Source: Balneolaceae bacterium (lineage in GTDB: Bacteria; Bacteroidota; Rhodothermia; Balneolales; Balneolaceae). From it: a DNA stretch of 64,000 nucleotides. A program made the translations under genes and the position numbers. This document shows, one piece after another, positions 46,459 through 56,639 of the stretch. The notes under the pieces were generated by a model. It was not told the DNA's origin, did not search any database, and worked only from the letters and a program-made list of their open reading frames with translations. The stretch covers positions 1,123 through 65,122 of the forward strand of contig SKKO01000006.1 of NCBI GenBank assembly GCA_007123715.1. The letters run 5' to 3'. The first letter of the stretch is position 1, and each line of letters begins with the position of its first letter.

Positions 46459-46490
46459 AAAAAACCCATCGAAGCATCAGATGAGTTTTT
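46459..46490. terminator. Bidirectional-looking intrinsic terminator
   Basis: A6-CCCATC / GATGAG-T5. On the minus strand CTCATC/GATGGG pairs with one G-U and is followed by T6. Confidence 0.6.
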
Positions 46491-46502
46491 CTATAATAAA
46501 AT

Positions 46503-46523
46503 GGCCGGGCAGTCTGCCCGGCC
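46503..46523. repeat. GC-rich palindrome, copy 2 (GGCCGGGCAG-T-CTGCCCGGCC); probable hppA terminator
   Basis: Perfect 10-bp inverted repeat 9 nt after the hppA stop, followed by ATTTTATT on the minus strand. Confidence 0.75.
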
Positions 46524-46532
46524 TGCAATTCA

Positions 46533-48731
46533 TCAGATCATGGTTGCGATTACAAGTGCAACTACGGCCATCAGCTTAATGAGAATATTGAGAGATGGTC
46601 CGGAGGTATCTTTAAACGGATCACCTACGGTATCACCAACAACGGCTGCTTTGTGAGGTTCTGAACCTTTGCCATATTTGACACCGTTTATTTCAACGCC
46701 TTCCTCGATCATTTTTTTGGCGTTATCCCATGCACCACCGGAGTTGGCCTGGAACAGCGCAAGCGTTACACCAGATGCCGTTACACCGGCAAGAAGGCCA
46801 CCGAGCATCTCGGCGCCACCAATAAAACCGAACATAACGGGTACAATTACTGCCAGCAGGCCTGGAGCAACCATCTCACGGATGGACGCTGTTGTAGAAA
46901 TTTCAACACATTTGGCATACTCGGCTTTGCCGTCTGCGGCATCAAAAATGATGCGGTCTTCATCACTCCATTCAGTAAGATTTTTACCATCATTGCGTTT
47001 CATTGCTTTAAGGGCTTCTGTAAGCTCCGGAATGGTCTTAAACTGTCGGCGTACTTCTTCGATCATGTGCATGGCTGCACGGCCAACCGCCTGCATGGAT
47101 AATGCAGAAAAGAGGAACGGCAACATCGCTCCTACAAACAGGGCAGCCATTACATTAGGCATGGTGATGTCGATGCCGGTAAGTAAATTATCCGGATTAG
47201 CCACGTTGTAGGAAGTGATGAACGCTGCAAACAATGCAAGTGCAGTCAATGCGGCAGAACCAATCGCAAACCCTTTACCGATAGCAGCAGTGGTATTTCC
47301 AACAGCATCGAGTTTGTCGGTACGCTGACGAACTTCCGGCGGTAGTTCACTCATTTCTGCAATACCGCCCGCGTTATCGGAAATCGGCCCGTATGCATCC
47401 ACACCGAGCTGTATACCGGTATTGGAAAGCATCCCTACCGCTGCAATCGCAATTCCGTAAAGGCCGGCAAAGTGGTAAGCACCCAGAATCGCGGTCGCAA
47501 TAATGATAATCGGAATAGTGGTTGAAATCATACCCACACCAAGACCTGCAATAATATTGGTGGCAGACCCGGTAACAGACTGATTCACGATACCCCAAAC
47601 CGGTTTCGTTCCGGTTCCGGTGTAGTATTCGGTGATAAGGCCGATAAGAAGGCCTGCAGATAATCCGAAAATGGTGGCCCAGAAAACTCCGGAAGCTGTA
47701 TACGTGATGTTATTGAATATCCACTCCGATGGCAGCATCCACTGGATTAAAAACCAGGATGCAACGAGCATAATGGCAGCAGAAACAAATTCACCGGTAT
47801 TTAGAGCTTTTTGAGGATTTCCTCCTTCTTTTACTTTCACAAAGAATGTGCCGATAATCGATGTAATAATTCCGATTCCTGCGATCACAAGCGGCAGCAG
47901 AACTGCGTTCAGCCCGCCAAACGAATTGGCAACCTCAAAACCGCCAAGGCCCATAAATGCCGCGCCAAGTACCATGGTTCCAATAATGGAACCCACATAC
48001 GATTCAAAAAGGTCGGCACCCATACCCGCTACGTCGCCCACGTTGTCACCTACGTTATCGGCGATGGTTGCGGGATTCAGGGGATGGTCTTCGGGAATGC
48101 CGGCTTCCACTTTGCCAACAAGATCGGCGCCAACATCGGCGGCCTTGGTATAAATTCCGCCGCCCACACGTGCAAAGAGTGCGATGGATGATGCACCGAA
48201 TGAGAAACTGGTTATTACGGTTAGCACCTGCTGGATGTTTTCAACACCCATGCCAAACATGTTTGTATAGAGCAAAAAGAGTAATCCAAGACCTAAAACC
48301 CCCAGGCCAACTACACCAAGCCCCATAACCGAACCGCCATTAAAAGCAACGTTTAAGCCTTCTGCCAGGCTTGTTCGGGCTGCATGTGTAGTTCTTACGT
48401 TTGCTTTTGTTGCAACCCGCATACCGATAAAACCGGCGAGTCCTGAACAAAAGGCACCAACAACAAATGAGAGTGCAATAAGAGGTGAAGATGTTTCGGG
48501 ATTCATAGATCCCTGAATCCCCAGGAGAATAGCAACAATGATTACGAATATACTGAGTACCCGGTACTCGGCTTTTAAAAATGCCATAGCCCCGTCAGCA
48601 ATGTGAGCGCTGATCCGGGCCATTTTCTCGGTACCGACCTCTTGTTTGGATACCCATGATGATTTTACATAGGTATACAAAAGAGCAATGAGGCCGGCTA
48701 CCGGAATCAAAAGAATAATTGTATTAGCCAT
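46533..48731 (-). CDS. hppA: Membrane-bound K+-dependent, probably Na+-translocating pyrophosphatase
   Basis: [76 protein letters not shown] (Ala, so K+-dependent) and DLFES (gate Glu in the Na+-PPase position). Confidence 0.95.
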   Translation of the reverse strand: MANTIILLIPVAGLIALLYTYVKSSWVSKQEVGTEKMARISAHIADGAMAFLKAEYRVLSIFVIIVAILLGIQGSMNPETSSPLIALSFVVGAFCSGLAGFIGMRVATKANVRTTHAARTSLAEGLNVAFNGGSVMGLGVVGLGVLGLGLLFLLYTNMFGMGVENIQQVLTVITSFSFGASSIALFARVGGGIYTKAADVGADLVGKVEAGIPEDHPLNPATIADNVGDNVGDVAGMGADLFESYVGSIIGTMVLGAAFMGLGGFEVANSFGGLNAVLLPLVIAGIGIITSIIGTFFVKVKEGGNPQKALNTGEFVSAAIMLVASWFLIQWMLPSEWIFNNITYTASGVFWATIFGLSAGLLIGLITEYYTGTGTKPVWGIVNQSVTGSATNIIAGLGVGMISTTIPIIIIATAILGAYHFAGLYGIAIAAVGMLSNTGIQLGVDAYGPISDNAGGIAEMSELPPEVRQRTDKLDAVGNTTAAIGKGFAIGSAALTALALFAAFITSYNVANPDNLLTGIDITMPNVMAALFVGAMLPFLFSALSMQAVGRAAMHMIEEVRRQFKTIPELTEALKAMKRNDGKNLTEWSDEDRIIFDAADGKAEYAKCVEISTTASIREMVAPGLLAVIVPVMFGFIGGAEMLGGLLAGVTASGVTLALFQANSGGAWDNAKKMIEEGVEINGVKYGKGSEPHKAAVVGDTVGDPFKDTSGPSLNILIKLMAVVALVIATMI

Positions 48732-48770
48732 AATGGTTGATAGTTAGTTTCAGTTAGTAAAAGTATTGTG

Positions 48771-49328
48771 TTAGTTAAATTTGTTCATGGCCAGTTGACT
48801 GCCACCCCGAAGAAACGTTAAAATTGCCTCTGATGCAACTTCGAGTGCATCTTCAATGATTTCACGTTCCTCCTTTGTAAAGGGCGACAGTACATACTCT
48901 GACTGCCTGCCGCGAGGAAAGTTACTGCCAATTCCGATTCGTAATCTTGCAAAATCACGGGTTCCGAGCTGTTCAATAATATCAGTGATACCATTGTGTC
49001 CGGCGGCACTGCCACCCGGCTTCAGCCGCAGCTTTCCTGTTTCAAGATGGATATCATCATGACAGACAATACAATCGGAAAATTCAAATCCACCCTTATT
49101 GATTGCCCTTAAAACAGCACTGCCGCTGCGATTCATATATGTGAGCGGCTTCATCAGGGATACTTTCCTGCTCTTGAATTGCCCCTCCCCCAAAAAGAAA
49201 AGACCATTACCCGGTTCAAGGGTAATGGTCAGTTTTTCTGATAATCTGTCAATAAGCTCGAAGCCCACATTATGGCGTGTTCCCACATACTCTGTTCCGG
49301 GATTTCCCAGTCCAACTACAAGTGCCAT
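48771..49328 (-). CDS. pth: Peptidyl-tRNA hydrolase
   Basis: VVGLGNPG, TRHNVGF, KPLTYMNRSG, HDDI, GHNG, RLRIGIG. Confidence 0.96.
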   Translation of the reverse strand: MALVVGLGNPGTEYVGTRHNVGFELIDRLSEKLTITLEPGNGLFFLGEGQFKSRKVSLMKPLTYMNRSGSAVLRAINKGGFEFSDCIVCHDDIHLETGKLRLKPGGSAAGHNGITDIIEQLGTRDFARLRIGIGSNFPRGRQSEYVLSPFTKEEREIIEDALEVASEAILTFLRGGSQLAMNKFN

Positions 49329-49344
49329 AAGTGCGATTCAAAAA

Positions 49345-50040
49345 TTATTCTTTTGGTTCGCCGGCTTCTTCACTTTCTCCCGCCTCCGGCGCTGCTTCTT
49401 CACCTTCTGCAGCTTCTTCAGCACCTGCTATTGCTTCTTCAAGCTCATCATCCTCTTCAAGAGCAGATGTAAATACCTTATCGGATTTTGGCGGAGCAAT
49501 TGTAACAATGGTACGGGTTTGTTCATCAAGCGGTTCAATTCCCTCAAGATCCAGCTCACTCACATTCAGAGAATCGCCAATCCCAAGATTCGAAATATCC
49601 AGCTCGAAAAGTGCAGGAATTTTATCCGGTACAACATTGATACGTACAATCCGGAGCGGCTGAAATATTCGGCCGCCGCTGTCTCTCACTCCTTTTGCAA
49701 TACCTTTTAAACGAATAGGTACGCTGAGTTTTACAGGGATTTCCGGGTCAAGTACATAAAAGTCTGCATGCAGCGCACGGTCAGTAATAGGATCGTACTC
49801 TACCTTTTTAAGAAGGGTTTTATACTCTTTTCCATCGATTGTAAGCAGCTGAAGCTTGGTTTGGCTCACTGCAAGTATTTTATCAAGGTCTGCCTCGTTT
49901 ACGGAAAAGTGAATATTGTTGTCAATTTTTGGCCCGTAGAGAACAGCTGGTATTCGTAATGTATCACGAAGCTGAGTGGAAGTTTTGCTCCCGGGTTCTC
50001 TTATTTCGCCTTCAAGTATATAGGGTTCTGGTTGCTTCAT
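49345..50040 (-). CDS. rplY: 50S ribosomal protein L25 / general stress protein Ctc
   Basis: IPAVLYG, DPITDRALHADFY, VPIRLKG, LGIGDSL; acidic tail; located between prs and pth. Confidence 0.93.
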   Translation of the reverse strand: MKQPEPYILEGEIREPGSKTSTQLRDTLRIPAVLYGPKIDNNIHFSVNEADLDKILAVSQTKLQLLTIDGKEYKTLLKKVEYDPITDRALHADFYVLDPEIPVKLSVPIRLKGIAKGVRDSGGRIFQPLRIVRINVVPDKIPALFELDISNLGIGDSLNVSELDLEGIEPLDEQTRTIVTIAPPKSDKVFTSALEEDDELEEAIAGAEEAAEGEEAAPEAGESEEAGEPKE

Positions 50041-50058
50041 TTGTTTTCAGGTTATCAA

Positions 50059-50991
50059 TTAATCATCAAATAGTGCACTTATTGTATCATTCGTGTGAAT
50101 GCGCTGTATGGCCTCGGCAAAAATTCCGGCTACACTAAGTACTTTAATTTTGTCGGACGGTTTTCTGAGAGGCACTGTATCGGTTACCAGCAACTCATCG
50201 ATTGGTGAATCTTCTATTCTCTGGTACGCAGGACCGGATAATATAGGATGAGTACAAGTTGCCATTACACTTAGCGCTCCGCGTTCTTTTAGCGCAACTG
50301 CCGCGTTGGTAATGGTCCCGGCTGTATCAATCAAATCATCAACTATCAGTACATGTTTATCCTTAACCTCACCGATAATGTTCATCACTTCAGCCACATT
50401 CTGCTTGGGCCGGCGCTTGTCAATAAATGCCAGTCCTGCGCCAAGTTTTTTGGAATAGGAGCGTGCCATCTTCAGGCTCCCGACATCCGGGGCAACCACA
50501 ACAAGATTATCAATGTGGTTGCACGTAAAGTGTTCAATAAAAACCCTGCTTGCATAAAGATGGTCAAGCGGGATATCAAAAAATCCCTGGATCTGCGATG
50601 CATGAAGATCCATCGTTAAAATTCTGTCGGCACCGGCTTCCACAAGCACATTTGCCATTAACTTGGACGCAATAGATACTCTTGGCTGGTCTTTCCTGTC
50701 CTGCCGGGCGTACCCGAAGTAGGGAATTACAGCCGTAATCCTCTTTACAGATGCACGTTTCGCGGCATCAAGCAGAAGAAGAAGCTCAATGATGTTGTCT
50801 CCGGGAGGCGGTGTGGATTGAATCACAAAAATATCCTCACCCCGAATACTCTGTTCATACTTCACATACAGTTCTCCATCAGAAAAAGATTTGATGGTAA
50901 CTTCTCCCAAATCAACACCATAGCTTTCTGCAATAGCACGCGACAGTGCGAGGTTGCTTCTCCCTGCAAATATGGCCAAAGGTGTATCCAA
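50059..50991 (-). CDS. prs: Ribose-phosphate pyrophosphokinase
   Basis: FSDGE, PYFGYARQDRK, MDLHASQIQGFF, VAPDVG, IDKRR, IVDDLIDTAGT. TTG start. Confidence 0.97.
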   Translation of the reverse strand: MDTPLAIFAGRSNLALSRAIAESYGVDLGEVTIKSFSDGELYVKYEQSIRGEDIFVIQSTPPPGDNIIELLLLLDAAKRASVKRITAVIPYFGYARQDRKDQPRVSIASKLMANVLVEAGADRILTMDLHASQIQGFFDIPLDHLYASRVFIEHFTCNHIDNLVVVAPDVGSLKMARSYSKKLGAGLAFIDKRRPKQNVAEVMNIIGEVKDKHVLIVDDLIDTAGTITNAAVALKERGALSVMATCTHPILSGPAYQRIEDSPIDELLVTDTVPLRKPSDKIKVLSVAGIFAEAIQRIHTNDTISALFDD

Positions 50992-51059
50992 TTAAAGGTA
51001 CAGTGAAGTTTATATAAGAAAAAGGAGTACCTGCTTTGGCATCCTTTTTAACAAAAACG

Positions 51060-51130
51060 TTGCCCGGGGAGGATTCGAACCCCCACATACGGGACCAAAA
51101 CCCGCTGTCCTGCCATTAGACTACCGGGCA
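51060..51130 (-). tRNA. tRNA-Gln (anticodon TTG); CCA not encoded
   Basis: Reverse complement TGCCCGG-TA-GTCTAATGGCAGGAC-A-GCGGG-TTTTGGT-CCCGT-ATGT-GGGGG-TTCGAAT-CCTCC-CCGGGCA-A folds as a cloverleaf. Confidence 0.95.
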
Positions 51131-51180
51131 ATTTTCGGTTTATTGACAGACCCCAAAGATATAGAGAGATACGAAATCAA

Positions 51181-52359
51181 TCAACTACCAATTGCATTTT
51201 TAAATACTTCGCATCGATGACAGTTCCTTTCATGGCAATATCTTTTGAGCTGGTGCGCGAGACCGGGCATATTTTTTTCTTTATTAAGATTGTATCCCGC
51301 ATTCAAAAACGGTTTTTTCACCTCGCTTGGCACCTGCATACCCCTCTTATTCCATTCTTCGATTGCCAGATTTTTCAATGATGCAGAATGAAGCAATTCT
51401 CCCAGTAGATAGAGTGCCGGAACCATCACTGTTTGCCTGAGAATTCCCTGCATTGTTAACCCGGGTTTATGTTCATCCGGAACCAGGCTCAGTATTCCGG
51501 CCCAGGCAGCCTCCGGATGTTCAAATAACCGGCGAAACGGAAATGCTTGTAATGCATGATGCAGAGATGCAGCCTGTTTAACCCGAATCAATGGACGGCT
51601 TGCCGGCCTCATACCCGTGTGATTCCATTCCTCTGGAGATATTCCTTGTGAACCGCAAAAAGCAGTTTCACTGATCTCTTCCGCAAATGTATCCGCTGAA
51701 AATATTTCTGAGTAACGTTCAATCGCTGCTCTTGCCAATTTCTCCATCTGCTGCCGGTTTGATGGGATTCCGAGTGTATGGTACATTCTTGTTATTACAC
51801 AATTTTTCCATGCAGTGGACACCGGTACACCCGCTGGGTAATCTTTCAAAAGTTCCTCCACTTTCCAGGCAAGATACTCCCGGTTAGCTTTATTGATCTG
51901 AGCCGTAAAAGCTTCCTGATGAATTATAACCGGATTTCCCGCACACGCCAGCCCCCGGTTTTCCTTCATTTCTGCAAGCCTGTAAAGGCTTTTGTGAATG
52001 TAAGGTTTAAGGCACAACGTATATGGAACAACCCCTGAGCTTGTTTTTACCGGGCTGGAAACATCGTGCTGAATAACAACATGCAAAAAAACCCGGTTAA
52101 AAAGGGGATCTTTGTAATGACTGTGTTTCTCCCAGTCGGATGTATTCCGGTGTATTTCAACGGCACCATACCATTTCAAATCCCCAATCCAAATGGTTGC
52201 TCCAAGAAAATCGGGGCCGGCGCCCGGATTAATCCTTCCCTGATTGATAATACGAACCGGTTTTCCGCAAACTGTTTTGAGGTTTTGACACTCAAATTCA
52301 AGATTCTGCCAAATCCATTGATAAAGATTTTCCTTGTATTCAGTCTGATTGCCGGTCAT
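51181..52359 (-). CDS. DUF2851-family protein
   Basis: ENLYQWIWQ, NPGAGPDF, GAVEIH, W..HSH..DP.FNRVFLHVV, terminal YCHERNCHRC. The start could be 52383. Confidence 0.8.
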   Translation of the reverse strand: MTGNQTEYKENLYQWIWQNLEFECQNLKTVCGKPVRIINQGRINPGAGPDFLGATIWIGDLKWYGAVEIHRNTSDWEKHSHYKDPLFNRVFLHVVIQHDVSSPVKTSSGVVPYTLCLKPYIHKSLYRLAEMKENRGLACAGNPVIIHQEAFTAQINKANREYLAWKVEELLKDYPAGVPVSTAWKNCVITRMYHTLGIPSNRQQMEKLARAAIERYSEIFSADTFAEEISETAFCGSQGISPEEWNHTGMRPASRPLIRVKQAASLHHALQAFPFRRLFEHPEAAWAGILSLVPDEHKPGLTMQGILRQTVMVPALYLLGELLHSASLKNLAIEEWNKRGMQVPSEVKKPFLNAGYNLNKEKNMPGLAHQLKRYCHERNCHRCEVFKNAIGS

Positions 52360-52660
52360 AAAGTATCCGAATATCGCTTTCATCCAGTTTCATCTTTTCG
52401 GTTGCCTGAAACAAATTAGGAACAGGAACTCCAATAGCCCGTTTAATATTGTTATTGAACGTTTTTATGTGACTGTTTATCTCTTTTTTCAGAATTTCTT
52501 TTCCCGGTTCATTACTGGAGCCGTCAGTAGCAAATCTCTTGAAATAATTTCGCATTCTTGCTTCATGCTGCCCGGACAACAGATATCCCGTCAAAATACC
52601 TCCTGCAAAACTGCCGCCGGCTATCAAAGTTTGTTTTATCCCAGCTCTCATACGTCTCAT
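52340..52660 (-). CDS. Hypothetical small protein with one N-terminal TM helix (YtxH-like layout)
   Basis: IAGGSFAGGILTGYLL hydrophobic segment followed by a charged helical region. Confidence 0.55.
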   Translation of the reverse strand: MRRMRAGIKQTLIAGGSFAGGILTGYLLSGQHEARMRNYFKRFATDGSSNEPGKEILKKEINSHIKTFNNNIKRAIGVPVPNLFQATEKMKLDESDIRILYDRQSD

Positions 52661-52821
52661 CTAAATTTTTTATTGTTCGCTATATTAACAAATATCTTTA
52701 TTCATAGTTTTAGATAGGTAATTAATTGAATAATTTTAAATGGATCAAAAAATTTATTATAAAATTTTTTGTCATCTGTATCACCATCCATTTTCAATGT
52801 GTTAACCCAAAAAAGCTCAGG

Positions 52822-53298
52822 ATGATTTTACTCGAAAGAAATCGAATAAACCGAACATTAAAACGGATGAGTTACCAGATCCTGGAAGAAGCCGGAAATT
52901 CATCCGTTTGCCTTGTTGGAATTAACAAAAGGGGATATGCTGTTGCCGGTACTATAAAAAAATATCTTGATGAAGCAATTCCCGTTCCTGTGGAAATTTA
53001 CCTGTTACAGGAAAAATCGGATCACATGCTCGTGTTTAAAACTCCGCCATCTGATAACCAGACCCTCGTTTTGGTAGATGATGTTATTTTTAGCGGTGAA
53101 ACCATGTTTAACTGCTTCAAAAAAATACCGGAACTTTCTGCCTTTCAAAAGATTTGTGTCACTGTTCTTGCCGACCGTGGACATCGAAAATTTCCTATTT
53201 TGGCAGGAATAGTAGGGTTGCATGTGCCCACAAAATTAAATGAACATGTTAAATTATTGCTGGATAACCAAAATCCCAGCAAACTGGTTCTTACCTAA
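52822..53298 (+). CDS. PyrR-like phosphoribosyltransferase
   Basis: RTLKRMSYQI, LVGINKRG, LVLVDDVIFSGET, LADRGHRKFPI. Start set at ATG 52822. Confidence 0.85.
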   Translation: MILLERNRINRTLKRMSYQILEEAGNSSVCLVGINKRGYAVAGTIKKYLDEAIPVPVEIYLLQEKSDHMLVFKTPPSDNQTLVLVDDVIFSGETMFNCFKKIPELSAFQKICVTVLADRGHRKFPILAGIVGLHVPTKLNEHVKLLLDNQNPSKLVLT

Positions 53299-53317
53299 AA
53301 ATTTGATTCAAAATTAT

Positions 53318-54193
53318 ATGAAACGTACCGCACTCTATTATGCTCTACCTGTTATCCTCATAATTACCACAGCATCTTCAACTTTTGCTCAGGATACCGT
53401 CTCTGTCCCTGATACTCTCCGCGGCTGGGACTCTTCCTGGCAACTCGGGCTTAATGGCTCTCAGGCTTCTTACTCGAACTGGAGCCAGGGTGGTGTTAAC
53501 AATATCGCTGCCACCGGAAGCACCACTTTCACTTCTGTATATAAGAAAGACCGCTTTTCATACGGCTTCCTTGCCAACGCAAGGTTTGGAAAAACAAAGA
53601 TTGAAAATGAGGGAGTCAGAAAAATTGATGACAGACTCTTCATTTTAAACCGGTTTCTCTATGATCTGGGTGAAGATGAATCCGATTTCAAATTATATGC
53701 GAATATCCGGTTTCGTACCCAGTTCGATAAGGGCTTTAATTACGGGGCTGAACCAAAAGAACTGATCTCAAAATTTTTAGCCCCCGCCTATTTTAATCAG
53801 GACGCGGGTCTGGCTTACATACCCGGCCCCATGTTTTCATTCGAGGCAGGCCTTGGTTTACAACAAACCATTGTCATTGATTCAGACTTGTCCGCAAAAT
53901 ATGGCCTTTCGGATGGGGATTCCTTCTCAATTGAACCGGGTATTACACTTGGCTCAACATTTAACGCAGCCATTGCTGAGAATCTGCAGCTTTCTTCCAG
54001 TATCAATACATTCACAAATTTTGGTAAGCCATTAAAAAGTACTGATATCTGGTTTTCAAATAAACTTGTTGCAAGTATTAATCGTTATTTGAATACCACG
54101 TTTAGTCTTGACTTTGTTTATAACGATGATTTTTCAGATGAAATTCAGGTTGCACAGGTACTTTCCGTGGGCGTTTCATTCACCCTGAGGTAA
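53318..54193 (+). CDS. DUF3078-family outer-membrane beta-barrel protein
   Basis: Signal peptide, SQASYSNWSQGG, RTQFDKG, FLAPAY, QVAQVLSVGVSF. Start set at ATG 53318. Confidence 0.8.
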   Translation: MKRTALYYALPVILIITTASSTFAQDTVSVPDTLRGWDSSWQLGLNGSQASYSNWSQGGVNNIAATGSTTFTSVYKKDRFSYGFLANARFGKTKIENEGVRKIDDRLFILNRFLYDLGEDESDFKLYANIRFRTQFDKGFNYGAEPKELISKFLAPAYFNQDAGLAYIPGPMFSFEAGLGLQQTIVIDSDLSAKYGLSDGDSFSIEPGITLGSTFNAAIAENLQLSSSINTFTNFGKPLKSTDIWFSNKLVASINRYLNTTFSLDFVYNDDFSDEIQVAQVLSVGVSFTLR

Positions 54194-54202
54194 TCTCCTG
54201 CA

Positions 54203-55561
54203 TTGAACCGATACGGGCCATATCTCCCCGCACTTAAAAATGCACTCCAAAAACTGGATTTGTGGCGCAGCTCTTTCGGCGATGAAGGAATCGGTTTCGA
54301 CCTGCCTGATCCTAACGAATTATCCCTGATTTTGGAGACCCTTGCTCAAAGGCTCGAAGGCAATTACCCATTTCATCATCCGCAGTATGCCGGTCAGATG
54401 CTGAAACCTCCGCATCCGGCAGCCTGGCTGGCCTATTCCCTGGCAATGACCATCAATCCGAATAACCACGCTCTGGACGGCGGGCCGCCAACTTCTGAAA
54501 TGGAAAAGGAGTGTGTTGGCATGCTTGCAGAAATGGTTGGCTACCACGACCATTATCTCGGGCATCTGACTTCTGGCGGAACCATTGCCAATCTTGAGGC
54601 ACTTTTTGTAGCACGGGAAATACACCCCGGCAAAGCTATTGCTGCATCTGCCAATGCCCATTATACCCACAGCCGGATGTGCCACGTTCTGAATGCTGAT
54701 TTCATTGAAATACCCGCTGATAGGAACGGCATCCCCGATCTTGATTTTATTGAGGATCATGCCTCTGAAATAGGTACACTGGTGGTAACCATGGGTACTA
54801 CCGGGCTGGGCATTGTAGAACCGTTATCAGAGATGAAGTCACTGGCTGACATCTACGGGTTCCGGATCCATGCAGATGCGGCTTACGGTGGCTTCTTTAG
54901 CCTGATTTCAGACAAACTGCCGTCACACAGGCATTGGACTTTCCTGTCTGAATGCGACAGCATTGTGATTGACCCGCATAAACACGGACTTCAGCCTTAT
55001 GGCTGCGGAAGCGTATTATACAAAAATGCTGCTGTCGGCAAATATTTTAAACACGATTCACCATATACCTATTTCACTTCCGACGAACTCCACCTGGGTG
55101 AAATTAGCCTGGAGTGTTCCCGCGCAGGGGCAGCGGCTGCGGCACTTTGGACTACCCTTCAGTTATTGCCATTAACCGGCAGTGGCCTTGGCAACATTCT
55201 TCTTCACGCAAGAAATGCTGCCATTCGTTTTTCAGAACGAATTCTGGAAAACAGTGACTGGGAACTATTTATGCAGCCGGAACTTGATATTGCAGGCTAT
55301 TTTAAAAAACCTGCCGTATTAAAATTAAGTGAACTGAACCGGGTAAACCGGACTGTTTTTGAAGCCGGGATGAAAGATAAAGAGAGAGGTTTCCATCTAA
55401 GCCTGTTCAAGGTGCCTGCTGATCAATTCACTGGATTGTTTCCTGAGTATCTCTCCGATACCCCCGCTGCAATAATCCTCAGGAGTGTCTTTATGAAGGA
55501 AGAACACGAAGGATTTTCAAATGAGCTGGCCGACCGGATTTTTTCAGTATCGGAAGAATAG
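54203..55561 (+). CDS. Group II PLP-dependent amino acid decarboxylase, substrate unknown
   Basis: HLTSGGTIANL, GTTGLG, HADAAYGG, DPHKHG (PLP lysine), LECSR. TTG start. Confidence 0.88.
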   Translation: MNRYGPYLPALKNALQKLDLWRSSFGDEGIGFDLPDPNELSLILETLAQRLEGNYPFHHPQYAGQMLKPPHPAAWLAYSLAMTINPNNHALDGGPPTSEMEKECVGMLAEMVGYHDHYLGHLTSGGTIANLEALFVAREIHPGKAIAASANAHYTHSRMCHVLNADFIEIPADRNGIPDLDFIEDHASEIGTLVVTMGTTGLGIVEPLSEMKSLADIYGFRIHADAAYGGFFSLISDKLPSHRHWTFLSECDSIVIDPHKHGLQPYGCGSVLYKNAAVGKYFKHDSPYTYFTSDELHLGEISLECSRAGAAAAALWTTLQLLPLTGSGLGNILLHARNAAIRFSERILENSDWELFMQPELDIAGYFKKPAVLKLSELNRVNRTVFEAGMKDKERGFHLSLFKVPADQFTGLFPEYLSDTPAAIILRSVFMKEEHEGFSNELADRIFSVSEE

Positions 55562-55641
55562 GAAAATCACCCATATCGAATCCTGATATAACTTTTGTAT
55601 TTTATACTAAAGAAGCTGTTAACCCAAGTATAGGAGACCCC

Positions 55642-56550
55642 ATGAAATCCACATTTGTTCATGCAATTGTAGCCCTTGATCTTTCTGAAGCCAGCGACCT
55701 CATTGTTGATGCAATACCCCAATTCAAAAAATTCGGCACAAAAAAAGTAACTCTTGTTACAGTTGTTTCCGTCTCGTTTACGGGTGAACGAACAGAGTTT
55801 AATACCGAAAAACAGGCAAAAAAACTGGAAGAGTATAAAACGGCACTCGAAAAACATGACTTCACCGTAGAAACAGACCTTAGGTCAGGAACTTACTTTT
55901 ACCCCCCAACGGAGATCCTTACCTCCGCAAAAGACAGCGATGCTGATTTTGTTGTAATCGGAAGCAGGGGACAAAGCAAAGTTCAGGAAATGCTTCTTGG
56001 CAGTACGGCTACAGAAGTATTGCAGCGCTCACAATTACCCGTTTTCCTCATCAATATTGATATGAAATGGGACGATGATACCGAAGAAAGAAAACTGGTT
56101 ATCAGTAAAACTGTAACCGATTCCCTGAATCACGTGATGCATGCCACCGACTTTTCTGATACCGCCGACCGCGCTTATGATGTGGTAAAATCACTTGATA
56201 ATGAAGGTAAAATCGGAAAGATTTCATTGATCCATGTACAGGGTCATCACGCTATCGCCCTGAAAGACCCGGCAAGCCGTGAATTCCTCACAAGCCAAAA
56301 CCGGGAAATGCTTGAGCCGATGCGCAACGAACTCTCAGACCAAACACGAGCCAACGCCGAGATTATTATTACATTCGGAACTCCCGGTAAAGAAATCATT
56401 AAGGCTATTGAGGAGAACAATGTAACACTGATTGTAATGGGCAGTCAGGGAAAAGGCTTTGTGCACGAATTCTTCCTCGGTGGTGTAAGCACACAGGTAA
56501 CCCGCTTCAGCAAAATTCCTGTACTGCTGGTTCCGGCCAAGAGAGATTGA
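55642..56550 (+). CDS. Universal stress protein (tandem UspA domains)
   Basis: VALDLS...VVIGSRG...LLGSTA, and ATDFS...VMGSQG...FLGGVS...PVLLV. Confidence 0.92.
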   Translation: MKSTFVHAIVALDLSEASDLIVDAIPQFKKFGTKKVTLVTVVSVSFTGERTEFNTEKQAKKLEEYKTALEKHDFTVETDLRSGTYFYPPTEILTSAKDSDADFVVIGSRGQSKVQEMLLGSTATEVLQRSQLPVFLINIDMKWDDDTEERKLVISKTVTDSLNHVMHATDFSDTADRAYDVVKSLDNEGKIGKISLIHVQGHHAIALKDPASREFLTSQNREMLEPMRNELSDQTRANAEIIITFGTPGKEIIKAIEENNVTLIVMGSQGKGFVHEFFLGGVSTQVTRFSKIPVLLVPAKRD

Positions 56551-56563
56551 TTTAGTGGAGCAG

Positions 56564-56639
56564 TGGGTTACGAGTCCCGACCTGACAGCATCCGCGGCGC
56601 TTTTCCGGGGTTCTGTCAGCGTCAGGTGTACGGAACCCA
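56564..56639. repeat. GC-rich long imperfect palindrome just after the usp stop
   Basis: TGGGTT/AACCCA, ACCTGAC/GTCAGGT and CTGACAG/CTGTCAG inverted pairs. Confidence 0.5.

Noticed and set aside
46200-46469. 89-aa minus-strand ORF (MGFLLHLRV...)
   Set aside because: It starts inside a terminator hairpin, has no recognisable motif, and overlaps the structured-RNA candidate. Probably spurious.
56564-56639. Possible SRP (4.5S) RNA
   Set aside because: No CAGG...GNRA...AGCAG helix-8 arrangement on either strand.
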